Source of the DNA: Octopus vulgaris
Lineage: Eukaryota
Length of the DNA stretch: 64,000 nt
Direction: 5' to 3'
Assembly: GCA_951406725.2 (NCBI GenBank)
Contig: OX597815.1
Coordinates: forward strand, 25,668,001-25,732,000
Shown: one piece after another, positions 53,073-64,000 of the stretch
Layout: each line of letters starts with the position of its first letter
Numbering within the stretch: position 1 is the first letter of the stretch
Made by a program: the position numbers and the translations under genes
The notes under the pieces: model-generated
Database searches by the model: none
What the model saw: the letters and a program-made list of their open reading frames with translations, nothing else
Told to the model about the DNA's origin: nothing

Positions 53073-53435
53073 TGTTTTCAACAATCATACGTGATTGAAA
53101 TATATATGTGTTTGAAACACGTTTGTACTTGTAAACAAAAAAGAAAAAAAAGAAAAGAAAAGAAAAACACAGAAATGAACAAATCTGAAATGTATTTATG
53201 CTTGAATAACATGTCTGAAGCATAACTTTTGTGCAAAGAACATTTTTGAAATATGCTTATTATTATTACCAATTTCATTTAAGGACAGCGATTATTTTCG
53301 AAATTACAGAGCACCAGACAAAATATTTTGTAGCATTCGGTTTTCATTGTTTTACGTTCTGAGATCAAATCTTGCTACTGCCGACTTCTTTCCCTTGCAG
53401 CCAGTAAAAAAAAAAAAAAAACATAGCTATAGCTA

Positions 53436-53854
53436 GGATCTTTTCGGTTTGAACGGCAGTTTTTAATATAATTTCTAGGTAACTAAAAAATTTTAAACTT
53501 CGTATACTGGTAGAATGTGTTTATAAAACATCTTTTTCTCTTGGCTTTATTGAGAAAATTCTATAGTTTGTAAGATATTTGTTGTTTTTCTTCTTCAATT
53601 TCTGCAATTTCAACCAATCAGTGACGTCTATTGAGGTGAAAACATTCTGTGCCGTATGAATATTCCCTCGTTTAAGAAACAGATTGGGTTTATTTACATT
53701 TCTGAAGAAAAAAAGATACCGTTCCCCTAACCCAAACTAACCCTAACTCTAAAACAGATTGAAATGCAATAGATCGATACTAGAGTCATAATTATGGGTG
53801 ACAATTTCATATGACACCACTAGAAAAAAACTGCCGTTCAAACCGAAAAGATCC
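53436..53854. mobile_element. MITE copy
   Basis: TIRs and an 8-9 bp TSD (C)TATAGCTA. Confidence 0.95.
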
Positions 53855-55570
53855 CTATAGCTATATTATAATGGGAGTTTAGGGTATCTAAATATGTTTC
53901 TCTTTTATTAATGTGTAGCTTTACCTCCACGTAAGAAATCAGTGTTATTTTTATTCTAAGGATGAAGTACAGTAAGTACAAGTAGAGCGTTGGATTAAAC
54001 CCTTATTTATTTTCGTACTTTTATGTTCCCATCAAAACCCACCAAAGTTGACTTTTCATTCCTCTGAGCTGGATAAAAGAAAAGTACCAATCAAGTATCG
54101 AAAGTTAAGTCAGTCGATTATACATCCCAGCTATAAATCTATGGATTTTTGATGCAGAAAGAAGTAATTTTAAATTTCTATTAGAATTGGCATTCGATAT
54201 AGTCAATATTGTTAAACATGAAGGCATCTTTCTAGACTCGCGCTGTTTTGTGAAGAGGGACCTCGAAAATATCCTACAGTGAGGAACTTGAAACCTAATC
54301 TCCTTCAGTGATAAAACAAAATAATCGTTCCACACAAGAAGGAAATACATTTATAAAGATAAGACATTCAAAGTTACTACAGATACTGGACTTTACAATT
54401 TCTGATGTATACAATTGCTGAAATGACATTTTTTCTTGACCAGAAGATATTTCTACCCAGATCAGCTGCTCATCAAATAAGACCCATATAGAAATACAGC
54501 TCATATCTATGACGGCGCTTTTATTACGCACAAGCGTCATATACTTAAAGAAAGTGTATGATGTGTGCGTGTGCGTGCGTGCATGGCCTACATATACTGT
54601 TTCCTTTTCGTCTTTTTCTGCATTGGCTTTTCCTCTGAATTAGCAAGAGGCATAGTCTCTGCTCTCATCCTAAACATGACAATAAACATTTTGCTCAATT
54701 TCCCTCCTACATTAGAATTGCATCCTCCTGAAATTCTTTCCCTGTCCACGTTTTCTCAAAACCAAAGTTCAAGTTGAACCTCAGTTGCATCTACATCCCA
54801 TTAGTTTAAAAACAGCAAGAAAAAAAAACAAACAATCATATACGGCCACTATGTTGGTATATGAACTCATTATTATTTATTGTATAATGGGTTTTTGTCA
54901 GTAATTTTTGTTAATTCTCCACAGACCAGATTTTAATTCAGTTATCAATGGCGTAAATACTGTATTTTATCTTCCAGAATACGATAAGTGGTGTGAGGTA
55001 ATGTCCATCACAGTCAACGCTCATCCCTGAGCATGTACAGCTCTTTGTCAGCTAGAAACATATGTGAGAAGGGAAGGAAGTACGGGTCTGATCCGAATTG
55101 CTACGATTCGGTGTGAACTGTGTTTAAGACACATAGAAAGCTGATGGTGGGTGTTAAAATGAACGTTGTGATAAGATTATAACTTAAGACCGCAGAATTG
55201 AATTGAATTGAAATACAGTTCCATGAAATATCTAAATATGTGGAGCTCTGTTTGAAGAGCTTGATTAAACTTTGCTACCCCAAATCGAAATGCGGTGTGG
55301 GTTCATTGTTCGATCAACTGCATAACCTGGGACCAAATTAACGCATAAATGATTGAGCCTATTACAGACAGCGTAATTCTTAGAGTCAGTTTGACAAACT
55401 CTGTGAAAATCCGTAACTTTTTAGTTACAAATACATCGATGGGCTTCTGTACTGGTTCTGTCTACTTTATTTCAGTAAAAAGGTATGGGTGAACCCGAGG
55501 ATGGATGCATACATACATACATACATACATACATACATACATACATACATGAATGTGTGTATGTGTATGT

Positions 55571-55743
55571 TACTTGTTTCAGTCATCGGACTACGGCCAT
55601 ACCAAGGCACCGTTTTGAAGAGTTTTAGTTAAATATATCAACTGCAGTACTTGTTTTTCATTTTTAATGCCTGGTACATATTCAGTCCCTTTTGTCGAAC
55701 CATAAATACCAATACCGGTAGACAAGCAGTGGCGGAAGACACA

Positions 55744-55811
<68 letters not shown>

Positions 55812-55965
55812 CAACAGGCTTCCACACGCAGTTTCCATCTATTAAAGTGACTCACAAGGCATTGGTCGTACTGGGGCTATCAGAAGACACTTGCCCAAAG
55901 TGCCGAAAAGAGGGACCGAACTCTAAACTATGTGGTTGCAATGCAAGTTTCTTAACCATTTACAT
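55571..55965 (-). mobile_element. Diverged SINE family B
   Basis: TTACTTGTTTCAGTCAT tail, (CA)n, GAAGACACTTGCCCAA core. Confidence 0.82.
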
Positions 55966-55969
55966 ATGC

Positions 55970-56001
<32 letters not shown>

Positions 56002-56134
56002 TTTTAAAAACATCCTCACACATTTACAGAAGTAGTAAGATCGAACCGAATTCTTTAACTACTCAGTTATACTGTAACTGGTAGTTGAAGGAGGGTAAGT
56101 AACATTTTGATTTGCACAGAGTAATGTATATGTA

Positions 56135-56510
56135 GATAAAGATCCTTCCCAAGTCACATAGGCTCACAAGGCTGGTTTCCCAGTTTCCATCACGTGTATA
56201 TTCCCTGCCTGGACATGACGCCGGCTCATCGCAGGATTACTCATTTTTGCCAGTCGAGTGAATTCGAGCAACGAGCTTTGGTCAAGAACGCAACGCGCCA
56301 CCCGGTCCAGGAATCGAAACCACAATCTTACTTCAGTTCATGTTGCTCCAATTCACTCAATTGGTAAAAATGAGGAATTCTTCGACGGACTGGCATCCCG
56401 TCCAGGTGGGGAGTATACACGTTATGGAAACTGACCCTATGAGTCTATTTGACTCGGGATTATCTACATCATTAGCCCAACATCCTAACCATTAAGCCAC
56501 GCGCCTCCAC
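56135..56510 (-). mobile_element. tRNA-SINE (C-related) interrupted by an inverted truncated copy of its own family
   Basis: The head GTGGAGGCGCGTGGCTTAATGGTTAGG is split by a plus-strand insert (about 56332-56471) that carries GGACTGGCATCCCGTCCAG and the same tail. Confidence 0.7.
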
Positions 56511-56567
56511 TTAAAAACCGATCGGTATATGACTAAAATATTTAAAATTCATTTATATTAGAAACGA

Positions 56568-56887
56568 GGAGGCGCAATGGCCCAGTGGTTAGGGCAGCTG
56601 ACTCGCGGTCGGAAGATCACGGTTTCGATTCCCAAACCCGGCGTTGTGCGTGTTTATTGAGCGAAAACACCTAAAGCTCCACGAGGCTCCGACAGAGGGT
56701 TGGGGTGGTGATCCCTGTTGTTCTCTTTCGCAACCAACTTTCTCTCACTCTCTCTTCCTGTTTCTTGACTAACGCTGCGATGGACTGGCATCCCGTCCAG
56801 CTGGGGGGAACACATACGCCACAAAAACCAGGAAACCGGGCCCATGAGCCTGGCTAGGCTTGAAAAGGGCGCATAAATAAATAAATA
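56568..56887 (+). mobile_element. SINE family C with an alternative 3' half
   Basis: Head nearly identical to the 31478 copy, then GCGATGGACTGGCATCCCGTCCAG...GGAAACCGGGCCCATGAGCC and a (TAAA)n tail. Confidence 0.88.
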
Positions 56888-57714
56888 GATATTAGAAATG
56901 CATTCATGTTTGAAGAGCATTTTCAAGAGTACATATTTTCGAATAATGTGTCCGAATTACGAATACGTTTGAACAACATATAAAACCCAAGACTATGATG
57001 ATATTGAAGTCATAACAAACTGTGATGATATTGAAGTCATAACAATTGGCCTCAACAACAAACGTGAAGTCGATCAAAAACCAGGAATTGAAACTAGGAC
57101 ACTGATTCAATTCGCAGAGACTCATGAAAATGCTGGGCTGGCAAAAATGAAAGAGAGCCTTTACAAATATATCTTGTAACAGTTATTTTTGCCGTTACAT
57201 TTCACGATTTGTGTTTAAATGCCTGCAGAAATGATTCATCCTTCTTGCCACGCAGTCGATAAAAGGAATACCAGACATGTACTGCGTCAATGATAATCGA
57301 CAATAAACTGTCTTTGTGAATCTGTAGCCCCGAGCCGATTTAAGAAATGATGAATTTAGATTCATACAAATACTTACATATGTTTTATCACACCTCCCAT
57401 ATACGCATATATTTATTTGTGTGTATTTCCTTGTCATATTTTTGTGTTTGTGCTTATATTTGCACCCGCACGCACACACACACACTCAAGTATATATAAT
57501 GTGTGTGTGCGATTGCTCACTCACATATGCTCATATTTAAATCATGCAATATGTATAAGCATGTAAGAATCCAATATATTTCAAATATATGCTGAATATA
57601 CAGGCACAATTCTTTCGCGCTTAAATGCACGTCAACTGAAAAGGAATTGTGCATAGAACGGTTTCTCAAAGTGCAAATCATGTCTAGGTCAGCAGACAAC
57701 ACAACACACACACA

Positions 57715-57770
<56 letters not shown>

Positions 57771-58769
57771 TATTCACATACCCATTTAACTATGTATATG
57801 TATATACATAAACGCATATAGACATATAGGCTCATATATTAACGCAGAAGTGTACATTTTGATAATTTGTTTTTGTTTCACGGGCAGGTAGACCGAAACT
57901 CTTACATTTTAACCAAAGAGAGAAGTTGCGACATTGATTCTTTTGTCAAAGAATTGAACTGAAAATCATATATATATATATACATATATATGTAATGTTT
58001 GTGTGTGTGTATGAGACAGAGGTGGGGTAAATGAGACTGTGAGAAGGAGGTCATGTATACAAAATTAATATGAATATTTCATCCACACTCATATTATGTC
58101 GGAGATACAAAGATATGGATGTGTTCTTTTACACACATACACGTATATAACGTCAGCTGAGAAAATGTGAGTTCGAATCCATTGAATTTTTATACTTCAC
58201 ACATGTATTATCATGTTTAACTTTGCTTAAAAGTATAAACAATAATTTGTCATTCAATCCAACAAGAATTTTCCTTTATATACATACACACACACACATA
58301 CACACGTACTATGTATGTGTGTATAAACGTTTGAATACATATATAATAGAAATACACATATATAAAGAATTACAGCAAGAATACTTAAGAATAGATGTAA
58401 AAATATACGAAGGACAACGAAGAATGCCAGCACCATACAAACCTGCATCCAATTCACAATCTTTTTTCCTCCTCCTCCTTCTCCTCCTCCTCCTATAGAA
58501 CAGGAGGTAGACACAGAATCAATACCATAAACTTGCAGAGACAGAAAGACATAAATTCTCATATTCTACAGCAGAACTAATTTATGCATGGCGGAAAAGT
58601 TCAGAGACATATTGAATTCACGTTCCATAACGATTCACAAGTAACATTGTCTTGGAATTGCAAAGCGGAACTTTCCGGTGAAAATGTTGTTTGACTCAGA
58701 CAAGGCAGCGTTTACACATCTCTAGCATTCTTATCAATCTTATCAAGAATGCTAGAAAAAGCAATTCAG

Positions 58770-58844
<75 letters not shown>

Positions 58845-59559
58845 TTCTTTCTCTGTGTGTGTCTCTCTCTCTTGCTTTCTCTCTATCTCTCTTAGAGGAC
58901 AGTTATGCTGTTTACCTCGTGGAGATGAAAGCCTTATTCAGCTTCAGCAGGAGTTGAACTAAGAACCTGAACGTTTCAGATTGCTTTCACTTATTCACTT
59001 AGACTCTCTCCCTGTCTGTCAGCCTGTCTGTCTATCTACAAATACAGGTATAACAAATACCACACAACACAAATTCTTGATTTATTAAAATTATCTCCGC
59101 CTCTACAGAACGTTTCATGAGTACCAAATCTCAAGTATGAATTTTTTAAAATTCTCCAAACTTGACATCATTAAAGAAAAAGGACAGACTTAATGGGTAC
59201 GTGTTTCTGTCTTTATAGGCGTCATCAGCACGACAATTGTTCAATCATATCTCCAATAACCAAAGTACTTAGACTTATACCAGAAGAGAAGAACATATTT
59301 ATGGCCTTGTATAGTGTTTGTTATACTTGTATTTATCTATGCTGTTCAAATACACGGCACTGCTCACTTTGAGTTATTGCTCTTAGCTCATTTTTGTCAG
59401 GCCAACCAATGCCTTATGAATCAAGTTGGCGAGCCGATTTTGGCAGATCGATTTTAAGTAGAAAACTTAAAATTAATACTTGGGTTGATTTGATCATCTA
59501 AATCGTTCAAGGGGGTGCTCCGCAGTTCAATTACTGAAACAAGAAAGTGAAAGTATCTA

Positions 59560-59628
<69 letters not shown>

Positions 59629-59629
59629 A

Positions 59630-59820
59630 ACGATCCCTATTGATCGATTTTTTCTTTTTCCTTTTATTTTATTCCCCTCCCTTTTTTTTGCTTTCCCCTT
59701 TCTTTCTTTTTACGATCCCTTTTGATCAAAACCAAACCCCCTTTTTTTATCCCCAAAAGAAAAGCTCTACATTGTAATTTGTCCCGTCTTTGTGCAGCCC
59801 TGTGTGGCTAATAAAGAAAC
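59630..59820 (+). mobile_element. Probable L1/Tx1-like 3' UTR fragment inside a (TCTA)n array
   Basis: Pyrimidine-rich tract ending TTGTCCCGTCTTTGTGCAGCCCTGTGTGGCTAATAAAGAAAC, like the 3' end at 40112. Confidence 0.6.
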
Positions 59821-59844
59821 ATATCTATCTGTTTGTCTGTCTGT

Positions 59845-59966
<122 letters not shown>

Positions 59967-59983
59967 GTGTGTACGTACGTACA

Positions 59984-60018
<35 letters not shown>

Positions 60019-61155
60019 TTATTCGGTAATTGCTACTTAACTGAATGATTTAAATTCATGGTAATTTCCCCTCAGATAACTTCTGGTAATTTTGCAAATT
60101 ATATTAGTCAAAATAAACTTCCTAGATATTTTCTACTCGCAAAAATCTCTGTTTATTGATCGAAACAGACGTGAAAAAAAACAAAAAAAATAACCATGAT
60201 CGCTGATGAGGCTTAATAAAATCGAATCATCCCCGTAGTCGTCATGTTGTTTGCTAACGAACATGAGAATTTCCTCTCTAATTATGAAAATTCAATTTCT
60301 TGTAAAATTCTTTCTTAATTTCTTGAAATTATCTTCCTTTTTCTTTGTGGATCTCTAACAAATTCCAGGAGGTTTTTGTTTATTTCCCCCTACTCAATGG
60401 TAAATTTCAATGCATCTAGGATTTTTTGCGCACATCAATCACTACATCACCACCTACTCGAATTGTCTAAATTGATGCTATTAGATTACTCTAGCTCACT
60501 TTTGGTACTTTATTAAATTATAATGGGCCTAATTCTTGGCAACTTTTAGCTAGAAGTAAATCTCTCTATACAAGGATTTCCCAAGGATGAGTTTGTTCCC
60601 GACTTCGTTTCTCTGTCTGATATTCAAGATTTGTGTTTGAATACTTTAAAACAAATACATGCAGTTATTTTACCTGTTTGCTATATGACATCCCTGTCTC
60701 TGATACGTATAATAGTTTGGATAATAGCACTGAGCAGCATGTGTGTGTGTGTGTGCGTGTGCGTGTGCATGCGTGCTTGTGTGAAACAATTTACTTACAG
60801 AGAAATATTTCCCCACAAAATCCTATACCTAATGTTTCGGCTGCCGACAGTGATATAGGCTTTGCCGAGAAGGTTTTAAAAAGTCCGAAACATGTTCAGA
60901 GTTTTCACCCAAAATGCAAAAGTTATGTTTTACTATTTTACTTAATATACACTGGTAAATCCGCAACATCCCATGTTATAACCTCCCATTTTCTATGTTC
61001 CACAAAACTCTACACTTTGCAACTAAGTAAGAGCTGGCGTGCTGAACTTGGTGTTACGGTTTCGATTTCCGGCTGAATCTGTTTCACTTCTAGTTACTAC
61101 CGTCAATAAAAAAAAAAGAGAGCATCACTTCACATTTATTCCTCTCGTAAAACAT

Positions 61156-61972
61156 TGTTTTTTTACTGCCCACGAGGGGCTAAACACAGAGGGGACAAAC
61201 AAGGACAGACGTAGGTATTAAGTCGATTACATCGACCCCAGTGCGTAAATGGTACTTAATTTATCGTCCCCGAAAGGATGAAGGGCAAAGTCGACCTCGG
61301 CGGAATTTGAACTCAGAACGTAGCGGCAGACGAAATACCTATTTCTTTACTACCCACAAAGGACTAAACACAGAGCGGACAAACAAGGACAGACAGACGG
61401 ATTAAGTCGATTATATCGACCCCAGTGCGTAACTGGTACTTATGCAATCGACTCCGAAAGGATGAAAGGTAAAGTCGACCTCGGCGGAATTTGAACTCAG
61501 AACGTAGTGGCAGACGAAATACCTACTTCTTTACTACCCACAAGGGTCTAAACACAGAGGGGACAAACAAGGATAGACAAACGGATTAAGTCGATTACAT
61601 CGACCTCAGTGCGTTACTGGTACTTAATTTATCGACCCCGAAAGGATGAAAGGCAAAGTCGACCTCGGCGGAATTTGAACTCAGAACGTCAAGACAGACG
61701 AAATACAGCTACCCATTTCGCCCGGCGTGCTAACGTTTCTTATTTCTTTATTGCCCACAAGGGGCTAAACATAGAGGGGACACACAAGGACAGATAAACG
61801 GATTAAGTCGATTACAACGACTCCAGTGCGTAACTGGTACTTAATTTATCGACCCCGAAAGGATGAAAGGCAAAGTCGACCTCGGCGGAATTTGAACTCA
61901 GAACGTCAAGACAGACGAAATACCGGTAAGAATTTGGCCCGGTGTGCTAACGATTCTGCCAGCTCTTCGCCT
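61156..61972 (-). mobile_element. SINE A tetramer
   Basis: Four body+tail-1 units enclosed by one 17-bp TSD TTCCTCTCGTAAAACAT (61139-61155 and 61973-61989). Confidence 0.92.
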
Positions 61973-62781
61973 TTCCTCTCGTAAAACATACTGCCTTGAA
62001 CACCTGGCCAAATGAATGCTACTATGTTCTTAATTTTATCTCTTGACAAGGAGATCGATTCGAAAGCGAAGCAGTGAAGAATAGTTTTATATCGAGCTGC
62101 TCATTTTTATTAATGTGGCTGTATAATTAAATTGCAGAGGGAAAGGCGAAGAATTATATCGGTGATAATAAAGTTGATATGGCGACCTGTTCAGTTATAG
62201 GAAAAACCTATTTTGGGCAAATTTAATTTCAAACCGGACAATAGCTTTATAGTTAATGGCTACAATCGCTAATCTATGGACTGACTTAATAATAATCAGG
62301 GCACTAACAGCATGGTTGATAAAACAGTTTTGAAAGTTTAACAACTACCACAAAAGAAATCAACAGTACAATAATAGTCTTAATAATTCTCATAATTATA
62401 AAGATGGCGTCATGATGATGGCGATGGCGATGAAATGGAGGCGGGGAAGGAGTAAAAGGAGGAGGAGGAAGAGAACTGGGGTGTGTAGTGTGTGAAGTCT
62501 GTGATACAGGTTAAATGTACAGAATATATTGTTAAAGAGACTTTTCAGAAAAGCAGACAAAGCACTGACACATACACACATACACACAAGCACATGCATA
62601 GAAGCACACGTATGTTTTTTTTTGTTTGTTTCCGTGCAAAATCGCGAAGTGTTCAATACACACCAGTGTTAGACGGGTGCGGTGTAAAGCTATTATTTCC
62701 TCATACCTGAAGGTTTCGTACTGTTGATGTTAGTCGACCTCACGCATTGGTATGTCTGATATAACTATTTCAGACTTTCCT

Positions 62782-62927
62782 TTGCTTGTTTCAGTCATTG
62801 GATGGCAGCTAAGTTGGAACACCGTCTTGAAGGTTGAGTAAAAGAAATCAACTCACAGTACTTATTTTGTAAACCAGATACCGGTGTCTCTTGCCGAGCC
62901 GCTAAGTGGTGTTGGGGTATAAATATG

Positions 62928-62976
<49 letters not shown>

Positions 62977-63221
62977 CATACACACACACAAACACACACA
63001 CATACACACACATACACATACATACACACACATACATACACACACATACAAACACACGCACATGCATACGACGGGCTTCTTTCAGTTTCAGTTTTCACTC
63101 AGGATTTTGATCGGTTCAGTGACAAAGTTGATGATATCCAAGGTACCACACATTGGGACAGAACTCAAGACTATAGAGTTGAAAAGCAAATTTTATCAAC
63201 CACACACCCACACGTGCGCCT
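62782..63221 (-). mobile_element. Diverged SINE family B
   Basis: TTGTTTCAGTCATT tail, (CA)n, ACGACGGGCTTCTTTCAGTTTC. Confidence 0.8.
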
Positions 63222-63283
63222 ATTTGAGGTAATAATCCGGCTGACCAACACTCAATTATACATATGTACATACATACTCCACT

Positions 63284-63425
63284 TGGAGTCACAAGGCTTA
63301 GTGGTTAGAGCAGCGAACTCGTGGTCGAAGGATCGTGGGGTTCGAATCTCAGATCGGGCGATGTGTGTGCTTATGAGCGAAACACCTAAGCTCCACGCGG
63401 CTCTGGTAGAAGGTAATGGCGGGCG
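63284..63425 (+). mobile_element. SINE family C head fragment
   Basis: GGCTTAGTGGTTAGAGC..GGTTCGAATCTC..GAGCGAAACACCTAAGCTCCAC. Confidence 0.8.
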
Positions 63426-63473
63426 GAAATATAATCTCAGATATAACATGGATTTTTCTGTAATAATGAACTC

Positions 63474-63886
63474 GGATCTTTTTGGTTTGACCGGCAGTTT
63501 TTAAAAATAATTTCCACGTAACTAAACACTTTTAAACTTCGTCTACTGGTAGAATGTGTTTATAAAACATCTTTTTCTCTTGGCTTTATTGAGAACATTC
63601 TATAGTTTTTCTTCAATTTCTGCAATTTCAGCCAATCAATTACGTCTATTGAGGTGAAAACATTCTGTGCCGTATGAATATGTCCCTCGTTTAAGAAACC
63701 GATTGGGTTTATTTACATTTCTGAAGAAAAAAGATACCCTTCCCCCCACCCCTAACCCTAACCCTAACACTAACCCTAACCATAAAACAGATTGAAATGC
63801 AATAGCTCGATACTAGGGTCATAATTATGGGTGACAATTTCAAATGACACCGCTAGAAAAAACTGCCGGTCAAACCGAAATGATCC
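63474..63886. mobile_element. MITE copy
   Basis: TIRs and 8-bp TSD ATGAACTC. Confidence 0.95.
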
Positions 63887-64000
63887 ATGAACTCATATTC
63901 CAATCGAATGGAAAGACTAAAATATTTTATAATCGCTAGTGACACACACTACACACACACACACGCACGCGCAAGAACACGCACACGCAAGAACACGCAC

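Noticed and set aside
58721-58756. Perfect 12-bp inverted repeat TCTAGCATTCTT/AAGAATGCTAGA
   Set aside because: Isolated, with no TSD or second copy, and too short for a pre-miRNA.
60195-60246. CTGATGAG with CATGAT/GTCATG flanks as a hammerhead
   Set aside because: It has GAAT rather than GAAA, no stem II or III pairing, and stem I is out of register.

Overview
AT-rich, microsatellite-dense animal genomic DNA with no recognisable intact host gene. The repeat repertoire (several tRNA-derived SINE families, one carrying an internal (TA)n/(TG)n tract, plus very long TACA/CA/GA/CAT/ACC arrays) looks like an octopod cephalopod genome; this is an inference. Almost all ORFs in the track are artefacts of simple repeats. 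What the window does contain: (1) three to four tRNA-SINE families; (2) seven complete copies and one partial copy of a ~400-450 bp MITE with ~29-bp GGATC-terminal TIRs, 8-bp TSDs and internal TTAGGG repeats; (3) a non-autonomous Helitron; (4) decayed non-LTR fragments (L1/Tx1-like, RTE-BovB-like, RTEX-like, L2/Crack-like and a Penelope-like RT); (5) several complex minisatellites; (6) a possible minus-strand first exon and promoter at 13.9-16.2 kb. Most notable: a SINE whose 3' tail matches the Tx1-like LINE 3' ends in the same window, which repeatedly inserts into the same site of related SINE copies and also moves as a multimer; and a Penelope-type minimal hammerhead-like motif with a compensatory G3-C8 core swap.
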